Under the pieces are notes generated by a model. That model was not told the origin of the DNA and searched no databases. It saw only the letters and a list, made by a program, of their open reading frames with translations. DNA of 64,000 bases from Candidatus Woesearchaeota archaeon (GTDB lineage Archaea > Nanobdellota > Nanobdellia > SCGC-AAA011-G17 > JAGVZF01). Position 1 is the stretch's first letter. Each line of letters opens with the position of its first letter. The stretch is from contig JAGVZF010000012.1 of the NCBI GenBank assembly GCA_018302785.1, positions 1,859 to 65,858 of the forward strand, in the 5' to 3' direction. The position numbers were made by a program, and so were the translations under genes. Shown here piece after piece: positions 8,597 through 17,455 of the stretch.

Positions 8597-9579
8597 GGTA
8601 TTGGGACTTTAGAAAGAATTTCTTTAATTATGTTATCTGTTTTTATATCATCTGCTAGGCCTTCATAATTTAGAATAATTCTATGCCTTAATATTGGGTA
8701 AGCAATTTCTTTTATATGTTGGGGTGTAACAAAACTACTTCCTTGCATAAATGCGTTTGCTTTTGATGCAATATAAAGACCTATTGATGCTCTTGGTGAT
8801 GCCCCATATTGAATATATTTTCCCATTTCAATATTATATTCTTTTGAATTTCTTGTAGAATCAACTATTCTAATTATATATTTTTCAATTTCATCGCTTA
8901 AATATACTTCATTAACTGCTTCTTGCATTTCAATTAATTTTTGAGGATTTATAATAGGCATTATATTGTATTCTTCAAATTTTTTTAATTGAATATTTTG
9001 TTTTAATATCTTTTTTTCATTTTCTAAAGTTGGATATCCCATATATAATTTGAATAAGAATCTATCAATTTGAGCTTCTGGAAGAGGATATACCCCAGAA
9101 TTTTCTATTGGGTTCATAGTTGCCATTACAAAGAATGGATTAAACATTGGGAAAGTTTGTTTTCCTATTGTTGTTTGACGTTCTTGCATTGCTTCTAATA
9201 ATGCACTTTGTACTTTGGCAGGAGCTCTATTTATTTCATCTGCTAATAAAAAATTAGCAAAAATTGGACCTTTTACAACATAAAATCCTTTTTGAGGATT
9301 ATAAGAAGTAATTCCAGTAATATCTGATGGAAGTAAATCTACAGTAAACTGAATTCTACTAAATATGCCTCCTGTTGTTTGTGATAAAGCTCTTATCAAT
9401 AATGTTTTAGCAATTCCAGGGATACCTTCAACTAAGATATGACCGTTTGATAACAATCCAACTAATAATGCATTTACTGTACTGTCTTGACCTACAACTA
9501 CTTTACTAATTTCTTTTTTTATTGCTAATAGAACATTATGGTAATAAAGTATTTTATCTTCTGTAAGTTTAGTAGGCAT
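8593..9579 (-). CDS. moxR: MoxR-type AAA+ ATPase
   Basis: VVGQDSTVNALLVGLLSNGHILVEGIPGIAKT (Walker A), LLADEINRAPAKVQSALLEAMQERQ (Walker B / sensor region). Length about 328 aa. Confidence 0.9.
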   Translation of the reverse strand: MPTKLTEDKILYYHNVLLAIKKEISKVVVGQDSTVNALLVGLLSNGHILVEGIPGIAKTLLIRALSQTTGGIFSRIQFTVDLLPSDITGITSYNPQKGFYVVKGPIFANFLLADEINRAPAKVQSALLEAMQERQTTIGKQTFPMFNPFFVMATMNPIENSGVYPLPEAQIDRFLFKLYMGYPTLENEKKILKQNIQLKKFEEYNIMPIINPQKLIEMQEAVNEVYLSDEIEKYIIRIVDSTRNSKEYNIEMGKYIQYGASPRASIGLYIASKANAFMQGSSFVTPQHIKEIAYPILRHRIILNYEGLADDIKTDNIIKEILSKVPIP

Positions 9580-9734
9580 AATAATTTGTAAATTTTTGAT
9601 TTTAAAAGGTTATTATACTACTTAAGAAAGGTGATTTAATTAGCAAATATAAATTTTCTAGATTTATTCTATTTTTAATATTAAGTGATAGGGTTACTTT
9701 TATTTTAGGAATGTCTTATGGAGAATTCTATAAA

Positions 9735-11243
9735 TTATTCTTCTGGTCTCTTAGCTTTAATTTCTATTGGTGCCACCATATAAGTGGGATTGCCATCAGG
9801 CCCTATGCTAGTAAAAGTTTCCTGTATATCTCCGTAATAATGGTCTGATAAAGAAGTTACATCCCAAAAGAAATCATAGAAATTAGTCCAACCTGTATAG
9901 GCTTCAAAGGCTCCCCTCATATAATGTCTTATAATATTTAATGATGTTTTTTCATCCCTACCATCTTCTTTTATTAAATAATCTATCAAGATATAGGCTT
10001 CTGTTTTATATGCCAGATATTCGTTCACTATATTATCTCTTAAATATATTGTTCTATACGAGTCATCGTAATATCTTAGTAAGAACTCCATTCTATGAGT
10101 AAGTTCATGCCCCATAGTATCTACTGGTGGAGCACCATCAAATACTTTTGGATTTAGTAACGCAATGTCTGTATTTCTATCGTACTCTCCGAGATTTGAC
10201 AATTCTCCGCCCCTGTATGGATCATAACTGTAAACTTTAAATCTTGAATTAATAGACTTTCCTTTAGTGAATGGATGTTGATATGCCAAAAGATAATCAT
10301 AGCCAAGTTTTCTAAGTATTTCTATTCCCTCATCTATTTCAGATTGGTATTGTTTTGTTATGTCATATGGGGGCGTATGAATCTCTTGGGGAGATAATTC
10401 TTGCATTCCATCTGAATCTATATATCTTATTGGATTATTATTAGCATACATATAAGGAGATTCTTGTAATTTAAAGATAGGATCTACTTGAGTAAATCTA
10501 CCTATGTAAGGATCATAATATCTAGCTCCAAAGTAATATAGATTAGATGAATCTAATTCTTTATTACTAAATTTATATGATTCTTGGCCTGTTTCTTTGA
10601 ATATTCTACCATATGGTTGATAATTAGCCTTATATTGTATATTTCCTTGATTATTAGTAGTAATTCTATTACTACTTATATGGTCTTTAGTAAAGTATAT
10701 TATGTTTTTATTATCATCTAGCTTAGAATAAGAAGAATATGATATATAAGAAGGTCTTGAATTGAATTGCTGTTGCTCTGGTTGTTGTTGAAATTCTTGT
10801 TGAATTATAATTTGTTGTGGTTGATTTACTATATTATTTTCATTTCCTGTTATTTGATATGTAATTACTTGATTAATGATATTTCTTTTATGATTAATAT
10901 CATTATAAAATCTAATATCTAATGATATTGGTTGATTTTTAGTATTTATTTGATATATTTTAGTAGAATAAGGATTTAGATCGTTATCTAAGATTGTAGT
11001 ATCTTCACTATTATCATATGAAACTTTTACTATCAAACCATCTATTTTATAATTATAATTACTTTCTATTACTAATTCTAGTGTATTTTTCTTATCATAA
11101 TGAACTTCTTTTAAAGAAGCTATTTGTATATTATTTATAATATTATTATCTTTATTAACTGTAGGAAATAAAGATAGACTATATACTGGAAGTGTAGTTA
11201 TAATTAGAAGAATAAAAACTAGTACTATTAACCTCTTTTGCAT
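9735..11243 (-). CDS. Secreted RHS-repeat-associated-core protein with C-terminal HExxH (zinc metallopeptidase-like) domain; polymorphic-toxin-like
   Basis: Signal peptide LIVLVFILLIITTLPVYS. RHS core motif YYFGARYYDPYIGRFTQVDPI ... YMYANNNPIRYIDSDGM. About 215 aa follow, containing MGHELTHR. Confidence 0.75.
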   Translation of the reverse strand: MQKRLIVLVFILLIITTLPVYSLSLFPTVNKDNNIINNIQIASLKEVHYDKKNTLELVIESNYNYKIDGLIVKVSYDNSEDTTILDNDLNPYSTKIYQINTKNQPISLDIRFYNDINHKRNIINQVITYQITGNENNIVNQPQQIIIQQEFQQQPEQQQFNSRPSYISYSSYSKLDDNKNIIYFTKDHISSNRITTNNQGNIQYKANYQPYGRIFKETGQESYKFSNKELDSSNLYYFGARYYDPYIGRFTQVDPIFKLQESPYMYANNNPIRYIDSDGMQELSPQEIHTPPYDITKQYQSEIDEGIEILRKLGYDYLLAYQHPFTKGKSINSRFKVYSYDPYRGGELSNLGEYDRNTDIALLNPKVFDGAPPVDTMGHELTHRMEFLLRYYDDSYRTIYLRDNIVNEYLAYKTEAYILIDYLIKEDGRDEKTSLNIIRHYMRGAFEAYTGWTNFYDFFWDVTSLSDHYYGDIQETFTSIGPDGNPTYMVAPIEIKAKRPEE

Positions 11244-11301
11244 AAAATAATATATTTGTGGTTTTATTTAAACATTACCATGTATTAAAGAATAATCACC
11301 C

Positions 11302-11315
11302 AAAAGCTTTAAATA
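11302..11315 (+). promoter_or_regulatory. BRE/TATA-like promoter element (aaaagctttaaata)
   Basis: Matches the aaagcTTTAAATA motif that recurs upstream of many genes in this window. It lies about 60 nt upstream of the RHH ATG. Confidence 0.45.
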
Positions 11316-11318
11316 GTA

Positions 11319-11370
11319 AAAGTATTACTTTATAATATAAAAAAATATTAAATATTATAAAGTATTACTT
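11319..11370 (+). promoter_or_regulatory. Candidate operator: 12-bp direct repeat plus 11-bp inverted repeat abutting the RHH gene start
   Basis: aaagtattactt occurs at 11319-11330 and 11359-11370. ctttataatat (11328-11338) is the exact reverse complement of atattataaag (11352-11362). Confidence 0.4.
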
Positions 11371-11535
11371 ATGAAAGAAAGAATTTCTATTACAATTGAT
11401 GAAGGCACAATTAGAAAGTTGAATTTTTTAATCAAGTCTAAGAAATATAGGAATAGGTCACATGCTGTTGAAATTGCAATTGAAAAACTAGTAAAAGAAG
11501 AACAAGATGAAAAGGATAAGAAGAAAAAAGACTAA
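11371..11535 (+). CDS. Ribbon-helix-helix (CopG/Arc-like) DNA-binding protein, 54 aa (not in the ORF track)
   Basis: My translation: MKERISITIDEGTIRKLNFLIKSKKYRNRSHAVEIAIEKLVKEEQDEKDKKKKD. It has the beta-strand ISITIDE followed by a helix-turn-helix pattern. It overlaps the next CDS start by 29 nt. Confidence 0.6.
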   Translation: MKERISITIDEGTIRKLNFLIKSKKYRNRSHAVEIAIEKLVKEEQDEKDKKKKD

Positions 11536-14233
11536 GGAAAAAGTAAATATATCTAGGTTTATAATACCCATAATATTATCTTTAATAGTTATAGGAATAA
11601 GTATTGATTATAATTTAACAATTAATAAAGATTTGAATCCTAATTATCTTTTTTCAAAGTATAGTTTTAATATTTTTAAATATCTACTACAAAAACAACC
11701 TATTTTTAGAGCTCCTTTAAATAATCCTCCTGTGTTTGATCCAGCAAGCCTGCCTAATGTCAATCAATTATTAGAAGATACTAATTATTATTTTGATTTA
11801 AACGCTACAGATATAGATAATGAAACTTTAGTTTTTTCTGATGATACTAGTTTATTTGATGTTAATCCTAGTAGTGGGGTAATTAATTTTACCCCAAATC
11901 ATCTTCAAATTGGACTTTATAATGGAGATAATGCAGTTGCTTTATTAGTTAAAGATCCTTCTGAACAAGGAGATGTATTTTTCTGGGGTTTTACAATAAT
12001 AAGTGTTAATGATCAACCTATACTAAGCAATATTGGAAATAGACAAGTAAGAGCTAATGTTAGATTTAATTATATTGTTAATGCTACTGATGAAGAAGAT
12101 GATCATTTAGGCATTAAAAATGGAAATTTAACTTTTTCAGATGATACTAATTTATTTGATATAAATCCTGTTACAGGAGAGATTGACTTTATTCCTAATG
12201 AAACTCAAGCAGGACAATACCAAATAAATATCTCTGTAGTGGATAGTCAAGGTGGAATTGATGCCGAAATTGTTATTTTAGATATACTACCTAATTCTGC
12301 ACCGATATTTACTGCATTTCCTAATTCCACTGCATTTGAGGATATACTATATAATTCTTTTGCAACAGCCAATGATCCTGATAATGACCAAGTTATGTAT
12401 AGTGATAATTCTAGCTTATTTGACATTAGTATTAATAGTGGAACAATTTCATTTCTACCACTTATGATAGATGTAGGAAATTATACTTTTGCATTATTTG
12501 CAAATGATTCATTTGGTGCAATTACTACAGAAATTCTAACCTTAGAAATATTGGGTACTAATGATGCGCCTGTTTTTAACCCTATTATTGGTAATCTTTT
12601 GGCTGATGAAGATTCCTTATTCATTTATGATATTAATGCTACTGATGAAGAAGATGCGCCTTTATTTGAAAATGGAAATTTAACTTACTATACCAATTCT
12701 TCATGGTTTAATATAAGTATTAATGGTTACTTCAATTTCACACCAATTAATGAGAATGTTGGAACTAATTGGATTGAATTCAGAGTTAATGATTCTAGGA
12801 ATTCACAAACTGTAGAAATTGTTAATTTAACAGTTTTAAATACAAATGATGTTCCAAATATAACTTCATTTTATCCTACTAATTTAAGCTTTTCTGTTTA
12901 TGAAAATAATTCTATATATTTTAACCATAGTAAAGATGATCCTGACTTACTACATGGAATTGGTTTTGATACACTTTCTAATAGGTGGATAGTTAATTTA
13001 TTTATGAATCAATCTATAGAATTTAGAATGATTAATTTTAGTTATATCCCTAATTTTCTTGTTTCTAATAGATCATTTAACAATACAGTAAATGTAACTT
13101 TATGGGTATTTGATGCTAGTTTAGCTAGCCAAAGTCTTTCTTGGTATTTAAATGTCATTAATGTTAATATACCTCCTGAATTTTATCAATTAATACCTAA
13201 TCAAACATGGGGTAGAGCAAGTCAAAATACTAATATTGATTTTAATAATTACTTTAATGATAGTGATAATGATCCTTTATTCTTTGAATATGCATTTTTA
13301 GTGAATGGAAGTTTTGTAAATAATAGTAATAATATTGAAGTTATAATAAATAATAATACAAATGTTGTTACTTTAATTCCTAATTCTCAGTTTGTTGGTG
13401 TTGAATATATTAAATTTAATGCGAGTGATTTAATCAATCAAAGTTCAAGTAATATTATAGCTTTAAATGTAACAGATCAAGAACTAATTGTTGTGCCAGT
13501 TCCTACTCCTACTGGAGGTGGGGGCGGCGGTGGCGGTGGGGGAGGTGGAGGAGGAAGTAGAACAAGAGTAGCTTCTTTAGATATTCATGTAGATCCATTA
13601 ATTGCTATAAATTCAAATTCTACTTTAAAAACTAAAGTGAAATTTACAAATTCTGGGGAAGTTGTATTAAACAATATAATTGTTTCTTTATATACTACTT
13701 CTAATCAAATAAATCCTATTATATCAATAGATAAAATAAATTCTTTAAGAGTTAAAGAAAGTGTTGAAGCAGATTTAGAAATAAAAACAGGATATTTAAC
13801 TGAAGAGAGATATGAAATATTAGTTATGGCTAATTCAACTAATCCAATATTAAGTGAAGCTAGTGTTATTCATTTAACTTCAATTCCAACTAACTTAACA
13901 AAATATGATGTTGAAATTGTATTTGCAATAGACTTATTTGAGAAAAATTCGGAATGTCTAGAGATTAAGGAATTGATAAATCAAGCTCAACAAAAACATA
14001 GTGAAAATAAAGATGAGGAAGCTATTTCTTTAATAAAAACTGCTGTAAATAGTTGTGAAGAAATATTAAAAGAATCTAAAACAAGGGTTCCAAAATTACA
14101 GAATCTAACTTTGGGTGTTTATTTGCCAATAATAATAAGTGTAGTTGCTTTACTTTTGAGTGCTCTTGCAGTTTTAATTATTATGTATGTAAGGAGAGGT
14201 AAAAAATTAAAGGATATCACAAGATATATTTAA
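11507..14233 (+). CDS. Large surface adhesin-like protein: at least 4 cadherin-like repeats, (Gly)14 linker, C-terminal TM anchor
   Basis: N-terminal TM FIIPIILSLIVIGISI. Repeats such as NATDIDNETLVFSDDTSLFDVNPSSGVINFTPN, NATDEEDD...LTFSDDTNLFDINPVTGEIDFIPN, ANDPDNDQVMYSDNSSLFDISINSGTISFLP. PTPTG14S linker. C-terminal TM LPIIISVVALLLSALAVLIIMYV followed by RRGKK. Confidence 0.75.
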   Translation: MKRIRRKKTKEKVNISRFIIPIILSLIVIGISIDYNLTINKDLNPNYLFSKYSFNIFKYLLQKQPIFRAPLNNPPVFDPASLPNVNQLLEDTNYYFDLNATDIDNETLVFSDDTSLFDVNPSSGVINFTPNHLQIGLYNGDNAVALLVKDPSEQGDVFFWGFTIISVNDQPILSNIGNRQVRANVRFNYIVNATDEEDDHLGIKNGNLTFSDDTNLFDINPVTGEIDFIPNETQAGQYQINISVVDSQGGIDAEIVILDILPNSAPIFTAFPNSTAFEDILYNSFATANDPDNDQVMYSDNSSLFDISINSGTISFLPLMIDVGNYTFALFANDSFGAITTEILTLEILGTNDAPVFNPIIGNLLADEDSLFIYDINATDEEDAPLFENGNLTYYTNSSWFNISINGYFNFTPINENVGTNWIEFRVNDSRNSQTVEIVNLTVLNTNDVPNITSFYPTNLSFSVYENNSIYFNHSKDDPDLLHGIGFDTLSNRWIVNLFMNQSIEFRMINFSYIPNFLVSNRSFNNTVNVTLWVFDASLASQSLSWYLNVINVNIPPEFYQLIPNQTWGRASQNTNIDFNNYFNDSDNDPLFFEYAFLVNGSFVNNSNNIEVIINNNTNVVTLIPNSQFVGVEYIKFNASDLINQSSSNIIALNVTDQELIVVPVPTPTGGGGGGGGGGGGGGSRTRVASLDIHVDPLIAINSNSTLKTKVKFTNSGEVVLNNIIVSLYTTSNQINPIISIDKINSLRVKESVEADLEIKTGYLTEERYEILVMANSTNPILSEASVIHLTSIPTNLTKYDVEIVFAIDLFEKNSECLEIKELINQAQQKHSENKDEEAISLIKTAVNSCEEILKESKTRVPKLQNLTLGVYLPIIISVVALLLSALAVLIIMYVRRGKKLKDITRYI
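13514..13555 (+). repeat. Second GC-rich (GGN)14 tract encoding Gly14
   Basis: gga ggt ggg ggc ggc ggt ggc ggt ggg gga ggt gga gga gga, in frame with the CDS starting at 11507. Flanks (gtgccagtt...act act gg / ggtggaggaggaagt) resemble those at 5551-5616. Confidence 0.95.
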
Positions 14234-15186
14234 GTTTCTAAAATTTCTTCTTTTAAGAATCTTTCATCAGTATTTTCTTTCATTATTAGAACTACTTTTG
14301 ATTCTGGTTTTTCATCAACTAATTTCCAGTTATTTATTTGGCATATTTTTTCAGCAAATTTTTTGATTTCTTCGTGAGAAGGCATTTCAGAATAATCCAT
14401 CCTATAAATTGCATCTCCAATAGGCATAGCTGATTTTAGTTCTAAGAATTTAAAACCTTTATCTTCAAGAATTTTAGCATAAGATTCTGGATTAAACATA
14501 TTCATGTTTTTTACCAGAGTTAAACGAACTGCTGTTCTTTTAAAATTTTCGAGTAAGTATAGAGATTCTATTATATTTTCCCAGCCATAATTGCCTCCTA
14601 TTGGATTACACATTTTTAAGTAAGTTTCTTTATCGGGAGCAGGAAGTGTAATATAAAGTTGAGTTGGCTGTTGATTTATTAACTTTTTAACCATATGAGT
14701 TATAGTTCCATTTGTAACAACAAAGCTTGTCATCTCTTTTTTATGAATTTCTTCAATTAATTCTGGAAGTTTTGGGTATAAACATGCATCTCCTGTTAAA
14801 GACAAGGCAACATGTTTTGGTTTCATGGTTTCATCTAATCTATCTTTCAAAATTTTTCCAGAACCATAAAATCCCATTAATACATTCTTATGTTCTTTGA
14901 TAAATCCTTCCACAATATCTTGGGGCTTATCAGTAAACATACTACCATTTGTTGTACCATAATTTATGTCCCGCCAGCACCATCTGCATCTTAAATTACA
15001 TAAGTCTAATGTAACAGTAGCTTGAATACATCTCCAACTTGCAATATTATAAAACGTATTCTTATAACAAACATCTTTTCCTTTAATTGCTGCTTTGCAA
15101 TAATGGCATGTTTTAATAGCAGAATGATTACCTACAATTCTATATCCTTGCTTTTCTAAATATTTTATTCTTTCTTCTGTTAACAT
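14230..15186 (-). CDS. taw1: Radical SAM tRNA 4-demethylwyosine synthase (Taw1/TYW1)
   Basis: GYRIVGNHSAIKTCHYCKAAIKGKDVCYKNTFYNIASWRCIQATVTLDLCNLRCRWCWR: the upstream Cys cluster plus a CxxxCxxC radical SAM motif. Confidence 0.8.
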   Translation of the reverse strand: MLTEERIKYLEKQGYRIVGNHSAIKTCHYCKAAIKGKDVCYKNTFYNIASWRCIQATVTLDLCNLRCRWCWRDINYGTTNGSMFTDKPQDIVEGFIKEHKNVLMGFYGSGKILKDRLDETMKPKHVALSLTGDACLYPKLPELIEEIHKKEMTSFVVTNGTITHMVKKLINQQPTQLYITLPAPDKETYLKMCNPIGGNYGWENIIESLYLLENFKRTAVRLTLVKNMNMFNPESYAKILEDKGFKFLELKSAMPIGDAIYRMDYSEMPSHEEIKKFAEKICQINNWKLVDEKPESKVVLIMKENTDERFLKEEILET

Positions 15187-15334
15187 TTTATTACGAAATT
15201 AAATTAACTTATAAAATTTTGGAAAATAAAAGATCAAAGAAGACTTTTCATCTTCTTTGCGGGAACCTATCACCTCTTTTCCCCAGAATAAAATTACTGT
15301 TATTACAAAAAGGTTGCTTATATACTTTTCTATT

Positions 15335-16081
15335 TTAATTAATGAAAACATTTTTATAATTGTCAAAAACTTTCTGTGAAATATTTTTTTCATTTGAATT
15401 TTTTATTTTTGAAATCATTTCAATTGAGTACTTAACAAAAAAAGGTTTATTTGGTTCGTGATTTGTATATTGATATGGAGAATCTGTTTCTGTTAGTAAG
15501 TTTTCTATCGGTGTAATCTCTACTAAGAATTGAAAATGTTTTGAATTTATTATACATGGAGGTATTGAAAAAAACCAATTATTGTTTATTATCTCTTTTG
15601 CTATTTTTTTATTTCCTGTAAATGAATGCATTACTACCTTTTCCATTTTATTTATTTTTAGAAGTTCTAGGACTTTTAATTCTGCCTGTCTAGAATGAAC
15701 AATTATTGGTTTATTAATTTCTTTTGCTAATTTTAATAATTCTGTGAAATATTTTTCTTGTAATTTTAAATCTTTACTGTATTTTCCATCTAATCCAATT
15801 TCTCCTATTGCAATAATATTTTCAGAATTTTCAATAATATGTGATTTTAGTTTATTGAAGTTACTTGAATTAATTTTTTCTGCTTCTAATGGATAAAGAC
15901 CAAAAGATGCTTTAATTAAGTCAAAGTTTTTAGAAAGTTCTAATGTATTTTTATTAGACTCAAGGTTTAAGCCGTTATTTATGATTTCTTTAACATTATT
16001 TTTTTTACATTCTTCTATTAATTCATTTATATTTTTAGAAAAAAGTTCATTGTCCAGGTGTGCATGGACATCAATAAGCAT
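15335..16081 (-). CDS. tatD: TatD-family metal-dependent hydrolase
   Basis: MLIDVHAHLD start, IGEIGLD, VMHSF and ETDSPY motifs. Confidence 0.85.
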   Translation of the reverse strand: MLIDVHAHLDNELFSKNINELIEECKKNNVKEIINNGLNLESNKNTLELSKNFDLIKASFGLYPLEAEKINSSNFNKLKSHIIENSENIIAIGEIGLDGKYSKDLKLQEKYFTELLKLAKEINKPIIVHSRQAELKVLELLKINKMEKVVMHSFTGNKKIAKEIINNNWFFSIPPCIINSKHFQFLVEITPIENLLTETDSPYQYTNHEPNKPFFVKYSIEMISKIKNSNEKNISQKVFDNYKNVFIN

Positions 16082-16087
16082 TTGAAT

Positions 16088-17287
16088 TTAAATTATTAAA
16101 CCTAATATCGGTGAGAAAATAAAGACCAATAGTTTTTTAATAAATGGGAGTAAATTTAAGACTATTAAAGCTAAAATAAAGAAGCTAACAAATCCCCATA
16201 CTTTTTTAGCATTCTTTTCTTTTTTAATAAATACACTTAATCCAGTTAAGAACATTCTACCGCCATCTACTGGGCCTAAAGGAAGTAAGTTGAATAGTGC
16301 TATACCAATACTTATTAACCAAAGCCAGAAAAATAATTTAGAAAGCCAAAATAAAGACCATGGAAGTTTATCCCCATATTTTGCTTTTACACTTTCTTTT
16401 ATAGAAGCAGAAACTCCTTGAACTTTTATTCCTAGATAACCAAGATTTTTATTATTTGGATTTTCAGCTAATTTAATATTAAATTCTTTGTTTTTTGTTT
16501 TAATTAGAATTTCATCATTTGGTTTTTTATCATTCATTATTTTAATAAAATCATCTACATTATTTATTTGCTTATTACCAATAGAAATAATTTCATCCCC
16601 AATAGTTAAGCCTGCTTGAACTGCTGGATAGTTTAAATCTAAACTTGCTACCTGAACCCCATTATATTGGATAGCTCCATTTGCTAATGGATTTATTACA
16701 ATAATTGCTATTAGCCAAAATAAAATTCCAGTAACTATATTTGAAAAAGGACCTGCAGCAAAAATTGAAAGTTGTTTATACACACTTTTCTTTTTTAACT
16801 CATTTTCATCTGGTTCTACAAAAGCCCCAAGAATAGGACCTAATATTAAGAAACCAGAAGATTGAACTTTAACATTATGAAATCTTGAATAAATTCCATG
16901 AGAAAATTCATGAATTACTGCAACAATGAAAATAGAAATAATCCAATGCAAAAATGAAAGTTTTGGCAATCCTGGAACTGAAATTCCTGGAAGAACAGGA
17001 GCTAAAACAGGCAGAGAATCAGGAACTGTTATTAATTTAAACGATCCTTGAATCAATACCCAGAAAATTGAAATCATTCCACCAAAGCCAACAATAATAC
17101 TAGAGACACTTAAAGTATGAATAAGCCATTTAGGAAATTTAGAGAATTTCTCCATGAAGTTAAGGCCTAATTTTGTTTTGTATATTGCAACAATTTTACC
17201 TTGAACTTCAAACTTAGATCTTTTAATTTTAAAAAATATAAATAAAGCTAGACAAAAAATTATAAATAATATAATATCCAAATCCAT
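16088..17287 (-). CDS. Site-2 protease (M50 family) with PDZ domain
   Basis: HEFSHG zinc motif, multiple TM helices, PDZ-like segment (GLTIGDEIISIGNKQI), NLLPLGPVDGG motif. Confidence 0.85.
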   Translation of the reverse strand: MDLDIILFIIFCLALFIFFKIKRSKFEVQGKIVAIYKTKLGLNFMEKFSKFPKWLIHTLSVSSIIVGFGGMISIFWVLIQGSFKLITVPDSLPVLAPVLPGISVPGLPKLSFLHWIISIFIVAVIHEFSHGIYSRFHNVKVQSSGFLILGPILGAFVEPDENELKKKSVYKQLSIFAAGPFSNIVTGILFWLIAIIVINPLANGAIQYNGVQVASLDLNYPAVQAGLTIGDEIISIGNKQINNVDDFIKIMNDKKPNDEILIKTKNKEFNIKLAENPNNKNLGYLGIKVQGVSASIKESVKAKYGDKLPWSLFWLSKLFFWLWLISIGIALFNLLPLGPVDGGRMFLTGLSVFIKKEKNAKKVWGFVSFFILALIVLNLLPFIKKLLVFIFSPILGLII

Positions 17288-17289
17288 AG

Positions 17290-17454
17290 TTACTTACCTT
17301 TTTTAATAGGACGTAGAGACTTACACCCACATTTTTTACAAGCTATTTGCTTCTTTAATACTTTCTGTATTGAAGCTTTCTGTTTTGTTTTACACTTTCT
17401 ACAAACAAATACATTTTTAAATAATCTTGCTGCTGCTTCTGGAAATTTTACCAT
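17290..17454 (-). CDS. rpl40e: 50S ribosomal protein L40e (not in the ORF track)
   Basis: My translation: MVKFPEAAARLFKNVFVCRKCKTKQKASIQKVLKKQIACKKCGCKSLRPIKKGK. Four-Cys zinc ribbon and the MxxFPEAxARL start typical of archaeal L40e. Confidence 0.8.
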   Translation of the reverse strand: MVKFPEAAARLFKNVFVCRKCKTKQKASIQKVLKKQIACKKCGCKSLRPIKKGK

Positions 17455-17455
17455 T

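Noticed and set aside
5572-13555. Repeated GC-rich tracts and repeated protein modules as a possible CRISPR array or mobile-element ends
   Set aside because: There are only two copies, about 8 kb apart. Both are in frame inside CDSs and encode Gly14. There is no spacer-repeat periodicity. No cas genes or transposases occur in the window.
15199-15393. 64-aa ORF overlapping the 3' end of tatD
   Set aside because: It overlaps the TatD CDS, has no motif, and most plausibly just spans the taw1/tatD intergenic region.
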